A model generated the notes under the pieces. The model was not told the DNA's origin, did not search any database, and saw only the letters and a list, made by a program, of their open reading frames with translations. From Camelus dromedarius (lineage: Eukaryota), in assembly GCF_036321535.1 (NCBI RefSeq), contig NC_087436.1, positions 8,060,001 to 8,124,000 on the forward strand: a stretch of 64,000 nt of DNA, in the 5' to 3' direction. The translations under genes and the position numbers were made by a program. Numbering within the stretch: the stretch's first letter is position 1; each line of letters begins with the position of its first letter. Positions 41,028 to 53,165 of this stretch are shown here, piece after piece.

Positions 41028-42069
41028 CGTCCACAGTTACTGTGCTGAAGCCCAGCCTGTGTGGTGGTGAGGTACTGGGAGGGGGCACCCCTAACCCTCC
41101 CATCTTTCACTGGCCCGGGCCTGGTGGGCAGTTTTTCCTCTAGTGGGTTAGCTTGGCCCTCATCGCTCCCTACGCTCTCCCCAGCCGACAGTGATCCTCA
41201 TCTCCTTCCCTAAATCCCAGCCTCAGTTGACTCTGCTCTTTGCTTTCTGTTTCCCATGGGAGACCCTGGGGCAGTGAGAAGGGGCTGGCGTGGAAGAAAT
41301 GCCTTTCCCCCGGCAGTCTTTCTTCCTGGGAGGCCTCTGTTATGAAAAATGCTCTGGGCACACTGCACAATGATCTGTGTTTCCTCTCTCCCTGCCAGAG
41401 CCACATGGTTTCTTTCTCAAATCTTCACCACGATGCAGGAGCCCAGTGAGGTTCCTGGAGGGAAAGCCCACGAACATTTGGGACCTTCTCCCACAAGACA
41501 GAGGCCTGCAGGAGTTTCCCACTGTCATGCTTGTCCATGCAAAGCCTCTAACCATTCATCAAAAATACCATTGACATGTTTCCAGCAGGGCATGGCTCCA
41601 CTGGTCTCTGCTCCTGATAAGCAGATTGTGGCTGTGAGTCCATTCACAGACATTGTTGATTCTCAGTGTGACTAATTTTCTTTCTTATCAGGATGGGGGT
41701 GATAACTTTCAAGCACCTTACAAGTCAGAGTAGAAGTCGGGAGTCCTTCAGTGACTTCTCTTTCTCTTCTGCCCATTGGTCTCTTCACTCACCCACCTCT
41801 GGTAGCAGTGATGGGAACAGCAGTAATAATAGCAGGGAGTACTCTAGGTTACCTTATAGCCCCGATTCTCCCCCTTAGACGTCATCAAATCTTTGAAAAC
41901 TTAACGTTATTGGAAATAAAAATAGAAACATCAAAACAGTAAGAAGAAAAGTTAGTAATCTTTGAGTATTTGAACAAGAATTATCACCCAGATCTTATGA
42001 ACAGTCCAGAATTTTTCAATAGTTGTGGGCCATTGAGAATCCAGGGGTTAATATATATAGGCCATAGGA

Positions 42070-42555
42070 TATTAGGAACGTTAACCAAGAATTCCAAGAA
42101 CAGAGACCTGGTTGAGGGGAAAAAAATGTTTATTTGGGATTTGTTTGGACTGCAGCCCTTGAGACAAAGATCCAAGAAGCACCTGAACTGTGGTGTGAAT
42201 TCCAGTAAACAACAAAATGGGGGAAGTTTTTAAAGGCAAAACCCACAAGGTTACACAAGTTGTTCGTCAAAATTTAGGATTAGAGCTGGGAAGATGTGAG
42301 GGCGCTTGTTAAGCAAGGATGGGTTGGGGTTCGAAATGATTACACAGTTGGGAAGTTTGGGGGGTACTTCGAAACCACAAGGTTGAATCTGGCAGCTGCT
42401 AGAAGACATCTTTTGGAAAACAGCTGGTGGTGTCTTTGAGTTTGACACCGTTCAGAAAATTCAGGTTCTCAGTGATTCGGGAACATGTCTGAAGCCACAT
42501 CCACGCTAGCCACCGGCTTCATTTTGAATGCCTGAACCCTAGTTACTTCTTTTTG
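42070..42555 (-). mobile_element. Probable solo LTR, family not assigned
   Basis: ~480-nt compositionally distinct block with tttatt (antisense AATAAA) near one end and an LTR-like layout. Confidence 0.4.
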
Positions 42556-43282
42556 ATTTTTAAATAATCTTAAATAGACCATCAGGAACATCCACTATGC
42601 AGGTGTTATTCATGTTGATATAATACACCTATTCGTGCTAATACAGACGTATTCTGAGGAAAGAGGATCAAAAGGTTTGGGGTTTCTTTTACTACATTTC
42701 AACACTTATTATTAGGAAATTAGTTTCAGACAAGAGATCACAAAAACACAGTTTTTACCCACAATCTTTATAGTCTTCATTATGTGGAATAGGATGACAT
42801 GGGTTGTAATTAATACTCTTCATTTCAGAGCATGTCTTTCCTCCAAGAGTTGGTAAGCACTGAATAGACTATCAACTTTGCCTTCCGTTTTCACTTGGAA
42901 TGTAGTAGATGAATTAGAAAAAAAAATGGTTCTCCATCTTCTATGAATTACATTCATTTTACAAGTCTAATTCCAAAACACAGTTTTCAGTTAGGACATG
43001 AGAGAAAGGAATCAGAGATTAATTCTTCCACTTATTCAAATAAGCAAAGTCCTCCATATCTTACAAAGCCTTGGTCATGTGATACACCTAAAAAAGGCAA
43101 AACTGTAAGATATATGACTTCCTCACATGTTACACCCTACGTAGTATATTTCTTTACTAACACATATTGGCTGCCCACTTACTATGTCTGAGGCATAATA
43201 GAATTAGTGTCTTACATATTTTTAATTCATTACTTCTGATCTAATTTTGGTCATAATTATAAATGCTCAAAACAGGAAGGCA

Positions 43283-43592
43283 ATCTCTAGGTCCATCCAT
43301 GTTGCTGCAAATGGCATTATTTTATTCTTTTTTATTGCTGAATAGTATTCCATTGTATAAATATACCACAACTTAAATTTGGAAGTTTGAGATTTGCAAA
43401 GTTAGCCACTATATATAAAAATAGATTTTTAAAATTTTCTTTTGTATAGCACAGGGAACTGTGTTCAGTATCTTATAGTAACATTTAATGAAAAAAATGA
43501 AAACAAATACTTGTATATATATGCATGACTGGGACATTGTTCTGTACACAAGAAATTGACACATTGTAATTGATGGTACTTCAGTTAAAAAA
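43283..43592. mobile_element. L1 3' end with 5' inversion (twin priming)
   Basis: 43283-43374 is antisense L1 3'UTR and 43375-43592 is the sense terminus with an A tail. TSD aaaacaggaaggca (43269-43282) / aaaacaggatgaca (43590-43603). Confidence 0.88.
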
Positions 43593-44059
43593 ACAGGATG
43601 ACACTCTTCTTCCTTAAATGAAAGCATATTTTAAATTCTGCTCATGTTATTCTAGAATTTGATGACAGAGATGAAATACTATAGATTTCCTGTTAGAATG
43701 GTATTTAAAATACATTTCCAACTGTAGGTTCCATTCCAAACTAACTAACAATACCTGTAGCCCAGAATGGCATCTTTGTGTTTATTAGTGGGTGTGCCAA
43801 TCCTAAATTGTTAGGCAACAAAGAAGCATGATGAAGCGCAAGAGAATAAAATGAAGATCAAGTGTAGTCATTTTCTGCATTCGACTAATCCTAACAAGCA
43901 GCACTGTACTTAATATGCACTAGGTCCTCAATAAATATTTGCTGAATGAGCAGCTGACTGAAAGAATGGATTTTGATTGAATTCCAAACTACAAATGTGC
44001 TTAATAGATGTTTATTATCAGGTGATGAATATTTGCATATTATTTTAGATGATTTCAGA

Positions 44060-44280
44060 GTAGGGCTTCCGAATCCCAGCATTATTGACACTTAGGGGCA
44101 GATAATTCTTTGCTGTGGGGATTATCCTGTAGTGTGCAGGGTGTTCAGCAATTGCTCTGGCATCTACCTCTGGATGCCAGTAACACACCCTCTTCCCCAG
44201 TTGTCATGATCCAAGATGTCTCCAGACAATGCCAAGTATCTCCCAAGGGACAAGATCACATCCAGTTGATTACCACTGAT
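44060..44280 (+). mobile_element. MER20 hAT-Charlie element
   Basis: cagcattattgacacttaggggcagataattctttgctgtgggg...gatgccagtaacac...atgtctccagacaatgccaa...accactg. Confidence 0.9.
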
Positions 44281-44689
44281 CTGGGATGATTTCTCATTAA
44301 TTCTCATAATAACTATGACAGAATGTGGAGTTAAGGAGAAAAAAAAAACCTCAATTCTTTGTGTTTGTTTTTTTCAAATTCTAATAGAATTGATTTCTAA
44401 TCATAAGTTATTCTTGGATTTGCTTATTACTAGGGATCAATTGGGCATTTATATGTGTTTCTTTTCTCATAGTTTGACCTATAAATAAATGATTCAAATG
44501 AGATCATAATGGTCTGCTTCTTTGTAATTAATGAGCCTGTGTGTCTATGCAAAAAGAAGTTAATATTTCATAATCGTTTTGTTTGGGATATTTTATAAAA
44601 ATTTTCATCTCTTCAGCTTGCTACAGTTTTATTTTTCTCATTTCTTGAAGTGGGAATAAAGGTTATTGATTTAAAACTTTCTTCTCTTC

Positions 44690-44905
44690 TTTTTTTAATT
44701 GAGATATAATTGACTTATACCATTACATTAGTTTCAGGTGTATAATGATTTGATACATGTACTTATTGCAAAATGATCATCACAGAAAGTCTAGTTAACA
44801 TCCATCACCACAAATAGCAACACATTTTTCTTCTTGTGATGAAAAATCTCAAGGTCTAATCTCTTAGCCACTTTCAAATATATAATATAATATTATTAAC
44901 TACAG
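44690..44905 (-). mobile_element. L1MA-like 3' end
   Basis: aattgagatataattgac...ttgcaaaatgatcatcac...ctagttaacatccatcacc...ctcttagccactttcaaatata. Confidence 0.8.
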
Positions 44906-45509
44906 ACCCCCGGCTGTAGATGGTGTACAAGTATTTTGACATGGTTTTAATTTTAACATGTTTATTCACTTTAGATTTATCAGTCCCACAGAATATCCTA
45001 CATCAATTCCATTCTTAATACGCTTCACTGAGTTGAATTGATTAGTAAAGTGATAGTCTTGTTTTCGTTATAAAATATACTGCTATTTCTACTTCCTTCC
45101 CCCATCTAGGGAACAAGCGTGCCTTTGCATTTGTAATGCCTGCCTGGTAGGACTAGTGTAGATTACAGAATATCTTTAATTCTGGTTGCTTAAGTAGACT
45201 TTTGTACAATGAGAGTAGGGTACCTGTCTTCAAACTCACACCCTTCTAATGATCTTCAAGAGCTTTAGACAGCATAAAATGAAAAAAGGGTCTGTAGATT
45301 GCTTTAGATATCGAGGCTATAACATAGCTGTATGCCTGGTCTCAGAGTCTGTTTGCATGGCTTCTAGAAAAGTCTAGCTAACCCATTCCTATCTCAGTCC
45401 CACAGTTCTAAGTCCAGGAATCTGGTAACCTGAGTAAGATGCCCTGGTGCTGTGAGGCCAAGAGTTCTGAGTGAAGCCTGAGCTCACGCCTGTTTGTTTC
45501 CCTTCTTCT

Positions 45510-46163
45510 TTAAATTAAAGTTTAGTTAATTTACAGTGTTGTGCTAGTTTTTGGTGGACAGCATAGTGATTCAGTTACACATATATATAAATTATTTTCA
45601 TATTTTTATTATAGGTTATTACAAGGTATTGAATATAGTTCCCTGTGCTGTACAGTAGGACCTTGTTGTGTATCTATTTTACATATAGTAGTTAGAATCT
45701 GCTAGGCCCAAATTCCTAATTTATCCCTCCTCTCTTCCACTTTGGTCACCATAAGTTTGTTTTCTATGTCTGTGAGTCTATTTCTGTTTTGTAAATAAGT
45801 TTATTTTTGTGTGTGTCATTTTTATAGATTCCATATATAAGAGATATCGTATGATATTTGTCTTTCTCTTTCTGGCTTACTTCACTTAAAATGACAATCT
45901 CCAAGTCCATCCATGTTGCTGCAAATGGCATTATTTCATTCTTTTTTATGGCTGAGTAGTATTCCATTGTGCATATATACCACATTTTCTTTATCTAGTC
46001 ATCTGTTGATGGACATTTAGGTTGCTTCCATGTCTTGACTATTGTAAATAATACTGCTGTGAACATTGAGGTGCAAGTGTCTTTTTGAATTAGAGTTACC
46101 TCCAGATATATGCCCAGGAGTGGGATTTCTGGATCATATGGTAACTCTGTTTTCAGTCTTTTT
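45510..46163 (-). mobile_element. L1 ORF2 C-terminus and 3'UTR
   Basis: ORF 45764-45985 (-) [38 protein letters not shown]. Flanking cctgtttgttt repeat. Confidence 0.95.
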
Positions 46164-46329
46164 CCTGTTTGTTTTCATTATACTGTACCTTATAGTCATA
46201 CTATATACTGTAAAATGCTGAGATTGCTGTCGTGCATCTTGTTCAGATGAAGTAATGACATAGTTCCTGCCATTTTCTCCTCCCCGCTCTCCTCCTCCCA
46301 GCCTCCTCCCCTCCCCCACACACAACCAG

Positions 46330-46925
46330 GAAGACTGTGGAGAACTGCCCAGATGCTCTGTCCAGACCGGAGGATTTATTCCCTCAGGAGTGATGGCAGC
46401 TGACAATTCACATTTAGCATCACCTCCAAGGATAGCCTTTGGCTATAGAATCCTGCCTCACATAAGTTCACTCCCTTTTTACAGGGCAGCCTGCATCTAA
46501 ACACTTTTCAATTTGGGGAGAAAAAAGACTTGGCCTGTTGTCTCAATTCATGACAACTGTGAAGGTAGTATCACCAGGAAAAATACAAGACATCCAGTTA
46601 ATTTAAATTTCAGATAAGCAATGAATAATTCTTTGGAATCAATGTGTCCCATGCAATATTTGTGGCATACCCAGACTGAAGGATACTAAAGTATATATTT
46701 CCAAAAATATTTATTCTTGTCTATCAGAAATTCAGATTTAACTTGAGCATCCTCTGTTTTCATTCACGGACTCTGGCAACCCTGTCTGAAAGGCCATGCC
46801 AGAGCTCTCTGCCCAGTCTTACTTCTCTTACTCTCAGACAGGTGTTGTTTCAGTGAGTTCATCTCAGTAAACTGCCTTCATTTGAATCACTGTCTCAGAG
46901 TTTGTTTCCCAGGGAACCTTATCTA
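46330..46925 (+). mobile_element. 5' LTR (LTR16-like) of a class III ERV
   Basis: tgcccagat...gggcagcctgcatc...tctcaattcatgacaac[insert]tctgaaaggccat...ctctgcccagtctt...acaggtgttg...gtctcagagtttgtttcccagggaacc. Confidence 0.8.
46566..46784. mobile_element. MER53-type palindromic hAT MITE inside the LTR
   Basis: aaaatacaagacatccagttaatttaaatttcagata...atgtgtcccatgcaatattt...aaattcagatttaactt...ctggcaaccctg. 8-bp TSD tgtgaagg / tctgaaag. Confidence 0.85.
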
Positions 46926-49900
46926 TGTTAGTTGGTGCAAATTATGGTCCAAAAAAGCAGATGCTGAAATGAAAATTTTGGAACCAAAGCATTTGCTAGC
47001 CAACTGGCAATGAGAACCCCATTGCTGATGGTACATGGGGCACTGAGAAGCCCTGATATGCAGTAATGATGCAGTCATTAAAATTTCCATGATCATAAAC
47101 TGGAATGGGATTCTGGGGTGAGGGGGGAAGCATTGGTTGGTGAAATATCTCAGTTCACAGCCACTTAAGAAATTCAGGAGAAACAGTAATTGTAAGGACT
47201 GTAGAATGGGATAATGGCCTGTTGTTGAGGCCATTAATACATTAGGGGAGAAGGAGAAAAATGAAAAGCTTAAAGGGATTCGTCACTAATTTAAAGCAAC
47301 ACAGCACATAAATATATAGTCACTCCCACATCTAGAGGGCAGAAAAGCTCACATTCAAGCCTGAGAATTAATCAGAGAGATAACTGAAAGCCAGAAAATG
47401 TAAATTCTCAATCCAGAGTGCTGTGTCAAGGGCAAGACCATGACTGGAAAGAAAAAGGGGTGATGGAATGTAAGATGGAGACACCTGGGTCAAAAATCCT
47501 GAATCTCCTGATTCTCTTTTTAATCTGTGGGCTGACAAATATGGCTGTTTATATTAAAGGCTAGGGCTCGTCTCTTGCACAGAATTCTGCCTTGTGAGAC
47601 AACTTGTGCCTCCTTGTCATGTATCCCAATCTTCCTCATGCCCATTTGATCAATAAGTAAAGATAAATCTCAATATAGACTCTCCAGAAAGATGCTACTA
47701 ATCAGTGCTCTTACTAATAAATGAAAGGGATATCTCAATGAAAATGTAGGATCCAGCCAATGTGCACTGTTAGGAAGCAGGGGCGTGTTCATGGGACAGG
47801 GTCCTAAGGAGACTAGACCAAGAATGGTTGGATATAAAGTTGAGTGAAGAGTCTATTCATATGGGATCATTCTTCCTGATTATGGATTTCATACCCTGAC
47901 AGAGACCCTAGAATACAGGGCTGATTCCTGGATGGCTTTGGAAGTTTGAGGAAAGGGATGGCCCCAACAAAGTATAGGAGAAATGCTAGAACTTCCACGT
48001 TGGATGGGGGAAGTCAAAATCAAGAGGCCCCATGAAGTCAACAGACTAATGTGGATGTACCATGTAAGACTAGAAAAATCTACCGGCTGACTATTTCCTC
48101 CCAAAGGCCATGTTTACCGATGGAATAAGAAAAGCACTGTGGGAGGGTCAACAGCATTACTGGATCAATGGTGACTCCTTACATAGGACATGGCTGATGG
48201 TAATTGTTTTATAGCAATGAGGATGATAAGATCTCAGAATAATAGTGTCCAGATAGTAGCACTTATCCATTAAAATAAATGATGGGCATAATTATTGAAG
48301 TGAGCAGAAACTATTAGAGTGGAAACAGGAGCCAGACAGTCAGAGAACTTTGGAGAGTGCTGATAGAACACAGCATCCCTAGGGACAAGATATACAGGCA
48401 ACCTTTAAGAGTATTTCTCAATTTACACAATCAAAAGAAATGGAGTGTGAATGACTATGATGTGAAGGGCAGCCAACTCAATAAAACATCATCATTTCCT
48501 GCACAGTTTCCAAACATGTGTCCGTTTTAGCATCCAGAACCCATTTACTGAAGGGCAGGGCAGTTTCAGTGGGGAAAACACCTTCAACACAAGGGCACAT
48601 TTATATGGTGATGATGATCAATGTTCTTTCCCAATGAGGCATATGGTCATTTATTCTGATAACTGTGTACTGAAGAAAGGCAGATACTAGGCATTTCGAG
48701 AACTCCAAACAGAGATCCAGTTTGACATATGGGTACTTGGAGATGCAAAGCATTTTTGTTTGTGAAGGTCTTGTAAAAATAGTGTCTGGCCCAGGCCTAC
48801 CTCATAGCAGTTCCACTGTGTCCGTGGACCACACAGCAGTGATTTCCTTGGTCTCACAATTAGTAATTATATAAAGGTATTTGGTGGCCCTAAGAATACC
48901 AACATTTACCTATGAGGTAAGAGCTATCATAATTGGGAAAGCCAAGTAAAAGCTGTTGAAACTGGCCCCTGACTGTGTCAAAAGCGATGCTGTATCTCAA
49001 GGGAAATGGTAGAAATCAGTGCCATCCTTAAAAATGTAAAATGTGCAGTCACATGGATCCTCATCATATCCCTCTTTAATTCACAAATCTGACCACTAGA
49101 ATAGCTGTTTGGACCCTTGACAATGCAGTGGGCTACTGAAAACTTAACCAAGTAGTAGTCAAATATATCTTTGTCACAGCATATTAACATGACCACCTGC
49201 ATGTGGTATATGACTTTTGATCTGGAGAATGTGGGTTTTTTTCCATCTCTATGAAGAGATGGACAAGAAGCAGTTCTCACGGATGTGGGATAAACAACAG
49301 AATATATTTCATTTTTGTCCCAGAGTTATATTAACTCTTGCTCACTATCAAATAATAATGTAGGTTGAAGAGACCTGTGTCATCTGTACACTTTTGCTTA
49401 ATATCACATTCTTTCTTTCTATTGATGGAATCATGTTGGTTACATCAGAGAGTATACAAGAACGCTAAAGGTCTTGGCACTCCCAAGGATGGGTGATAAA
49501 TCATACAAAAAATCAGAACCCACTAGATCAATTAAATTTTTTAATGGGCCTAGTTGTCTGGGGCATGTTGGGACCTAAATAAGTGATACATTTTCAAATT
49601 AATGCATCTTATATGTCTCACTATTTTAGAAAAATGTATGACAAAAACACTTGTTCAGTTCACACCTGCAGTTAGATGGTGGGTGGGAGAGGCAGTGTTA
49701 CTACCAGCTGATGGATATCAATGATACCAGCCCTGGTTCAGAGATAAGGTGAGTGGGCATTTGGGTGCAAGCTGAAAATAGACAACTATTGTATTATTGT
49801 CCTACTCAGAGGTGGCCCTGAAAGACAGCAGTGAGGGGAAGCCCTCCCAATGATTAGAAGTTAAGACCATATACCTGATCATCCACTTCCTGTGGAAAGA

Positions 49901-50819
49901 AATGTGGTGCACGACTAGAATTTACATAGATTTATGGGCAGTGCCAAGTTGCTGAGCCCTGTGATTAGGCATCTAGCAAGGATTAGAAGAGAAAGGACAG
50001 GAAGTTCTGTAGAAGAAGAACTGTGTGCAGAAGCTTTCAGGAGTGCACATGAATTGTGAAAGTCTTTGGTCTTATATTGCATACTAAAACCCATCAGAGA
50101 AATCATTAAAAAAAAAAAGTATATGGAATGACTTAGAAATTAACATCAGTCAGTTTCTTTCATTGGCCACCCCCAGTGCTGATACATTGGGTTGATGAGT
50201 AGAGCAACCATGGTGACAAGTTTATTACACTGGACCCATTCACCTCTAACAGGAGTGGGGCTTTCTGGATAGCATTTGTTATGAATATGAGTTTGCCTCT
50301 TTTAGCCAAGGAGCCTCAGGGAACACAACAATTTAAGGGTGTATAGAGAATAAGATCCACTGACTCATGATCCTCAAAAATACATCACACCAAAGGATTC
50401 ACATTCCTAAAAATGATCTGTGATGTTGTACACAGGATCATGGGACTCACTTCCCCTATCACATACCACACCACCCAGAAGTTTCCAATCAGATAAAATG
50501 ATGACAAAGCTTTAACAAGCATGAACTGAGGCTTCAGCTTGGAAATGATACCCTTTGTAGATTGGATGCCGTCCTCAAAGATGCAATTTACAACTGGATC
50601 AATAAACACTATATCGTGTTGTGTCTCTAAGTGGTAGAAACACGATTCTAGGAACCAAGGCATGTAAATAAGAGTAAACTTCACTTATCTTCACTGTCGG
50701 TGGTCCATTTGGGTAATTTGTATTTTCTATTCCTATAACTCTAGTATGTGCATACCCGTGGGTCCTGTTTCCAGAGAGAGAACACTAGTACCATTAGACA
50801 CAGCAAGAACTCCCCCCCC

Positions 50820-51150
50820 TTTTTTTTCTATTGAAGTATAGTTGATTGACAATGTTATGTTAGTTTCTGGAGTACAGCATAGTGATTTAGTCATACACAC
50901 ACATATATTATATATACATATTATTTTTATTATAGGTTATTGTAAGATATTGAATCTAGTTCCCTGTGCTGTACAATAGGTTCTTGTTGGTTATCTATTC
51001 TATGTACAGTAGTTTGTATCTTCTAATCCCAAACTTCTAATTTATCCCTCCCCTCCTTTTCCCTTTTGTAACCATGTTTGTTTTCTATGTCTGCAAGTCT
51101 GTTTCTGTTTCTTTTTCGTGAGTAAGTTCATTTGTCCCCTTGTGTTTTAA
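50820..51150 (-). mobile_element. L1 3' end inserted in the ERV
   Basis: ttgaagtatagttgattgacaatgtt...tagttccctgtgctgtac...aatttatccctccc. Confidence 0.9.
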
Positions 51151-51337
51151 GTTTTATGTGTTGCCTGAAGACTTTGGGCTTCTCAGTGATGCCAGGAGGT
51201 GAGAATGGAATGGAAAGGAATAAATATCCAGGCAGGAGTGATTTTTTTTTCTGATCGTCTATAGGAGGTAGGGCATCTATTACACAGTAGAAGCAAGGAA
51301 GAATACATTAAGCATCCAGAATGGAATGGGAGTTTAT

Positions 51338-51397
51338 TGCAAACTCAGCAGTCAATAGACATATTGGTGCAAACTCAACAGTCAATAGACATATGCA
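51338..51397. repeat. 30-bp tandem duplication
   Basis: tgcaaactcagcagtcaatagacatattgg / tgcaaactcaacagtcaatagacatatgca. Confidence 0.9.
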
Positions 51398-51479
51398 ACA
51401 ATTTTAAGAAGGAATACCAGCTAATGATTCAGAACCCTGAGAGATGAGTATCTGAGTCACTCCAAAATCAAGTAAGCTC

Positions 51480-51905
51480 TGTGTTCATTTAAATTTTCTA
51501 AGAAGGAAACAACAAGCAGGAATTCAACATTCAACAGCTTTGAGAAGGGGTGCGGGGTATTCCTATAAAGGGTGAAGGGGAGAAGTAGCAGTTCTGACAA
51601 ATGTGAAAGAAGAGGCGGAAGGAAGGAGGATTGTGGAGGAAGGGTCTCTAACAGCAGCAGAGCTCCAAAAAGACACAAGTAGGCTGATGGGAGCACGAAA
51701 ACCTTTCAGTGGAGGCTCCCCTCAGCTCCAGTGCCCCAGCTATGGGCCATCACATGAGGAAGGAGTCCAGAGAGCACAGCCTCAGGGGAGATGCCGAAAT
51801 GAAACCATAGGTGTGGCTGCTGACAGCTGCCAGGCACCCACCTTACTTGTAGTGGGTGCTTTTAAGGAGAGGGCTGAGTAAAGACCAGATTCATGCCCGC
51901 CACAG
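51480..51905 (-). mobile_element. Probable antisense ERVL solo LTR (LTR16-related) nested in the ERV 3' region
   Basis: Purine-rich block with aggattgtggaggaagggtctct...aggctgatgggag...tgacagctgcc. The ERV internal sequence resumes after it. Confidence 0.45.
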
Positions 51906-52131
51906 CCACCTGGACAGGCAGAGGAGGGACCCTGGAATGGGTACGAGAAAGGGGAAGAGAATGAGCATCAGCTCCATGGTGAGATTAGGTGCAGTGGCCA
52001 AGTCTGCAGCCCATCCCACCAAGTTTTATACATTTCCTCAGGAAAAGAGACCACCCAGGATCTCTGAACAACTTTCAGATGGGTGAATTTATGACAGGAA
52101 TCAATGCTTCCAAGTGACCTAAGGGACAGAC

Positions 52132-52270
52132 TTCGTGGTTGCCTCAGATACGAAGCTGCCCATCCCAGTCCTTACACACTCATTCCCTGCCCGGATTCAG
52201 GAAGTGATGGCCAACCACTCAGCAGCTCAAGACCATTTTAAGTATAGTCTTTGCCAGAAGAGACATGCAA
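52132..52270 (+). mobile_element. Truncated 3' LTR of the LTR16-type provirus
   Basis: Follows aagggacagac. cattccc...caggaagtgatggc resembles attccctcaggagtgatggc in the 5' LTR. Confidence 0.55.
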
Positions 52271-52714
52271 ATCTACATTTCTGTTTCCTGCAAAATTTAA
52301 CCTATTAAACATAAAGACAGAAAGATGACAGATCCATGTACGGGCACCGCACTTCTCCCACCCACACAGTCACATGTGTATAACACAAAGATAACTGTGA
52401 ACAGGGCAGTTTGAACTTCTGGAAGTTCTCATATTGTCCTCACCTTTTTATCTGAATTCCTGTTGAATAAAGATCTGTATCTTTGATCACTCACTGAAAG
52501 GTTTATTGTCTTCTGTAACCTTCTGTATTAACATTGTATTTTTCATGACCCCTAAGTCAACCGTGGCAAAGAGCTAGTTTTTAAAACTGCATTTGTCAGA
52601 GCAGTTGTAGTTAGAATTGTATGTGTGAATATGTCTCTTTTGTTACTTATCTATTTACAGCACTCTTTCTAAATTCTCTTCACCATGTCGTTTTCTCTGT
52701 TGCCCTTCCAATAG

Positions 52715-53165
52715 CTTTTAAAATGCTTTATTGCAGTATAATCGACATATAATAAATTGAACGCATTTAAAATGTACAATTGGTAAGTTGTGGCATCTGA
52801 ATATGCCTTGAAATAATCACCACAATTAAGATAATTAAAACATCACCAATCCTAAAAGTTTCCTCAAGCCTGTTTATAAGCTCTCCCAGCTTCCTTCCTG
52901 CCAGTTGCCAGGAGACCACTGAAGAGCTTTCTGTCACTCTAGGTTAGTTGACAGTTTATTTTATTTAAATACTTTAGGTAAGTTAATTACTTTTATTTAT
53001 AATCATGCAGTATACAGTCTTTTAGGTCTGCCATCTTTCACTCAGCATAAGTATTTTGAGATTTTCAGTCTGTAGCATGTATCAAATATTTATTACTTTT
53101 AATTCTGAAGCAGCATTGCACCGCTATGGGCATACTAATTTGTTTATCCATTCATCACTTCCATC
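52715..53165 (-). mobile_element. L1MB/ME-like 3' end
   Basis: gctttattgcagtataatcgacatataataaattgaacgcatttaaaatgtacaatt...tttcactcagcataagtattttgagatt...ttgtttatccattca. Confidence 0.85.

Larger units (their letters stand above)
37080..41660 (-). mobile_element. Old L1M 5' portion (5'UTR, ORF1, ORF2 endonuclease), decayed, with three nested insertions
   Basis: Minus-strand peptides SRSNRQKINEAIEDLNKRINQLDLI (endonuclease) and ILCPLKLSTKSEGEIEIFSDK...SSPALQEMLK (ORF1 C-terminus). Confidence 0.85.
46926..52131 (+). mobile_element. Internal region of a decayed ERV-L-class provirus (ERV3-16A3-like): gag-pol relics, no env seen
   Basis: PBS-like agttggtgc after the LTR. RT relics FNSQI*P (49075), WYMTFDLEN (49204), SIDGIML (49418, the YIDD position). 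RNase H relics SEGKPSQ* and RIYIDLWAV. Integrase relic PHHPE (~50466). Purine tract before the 3' LTR. Confidence 0.85.
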
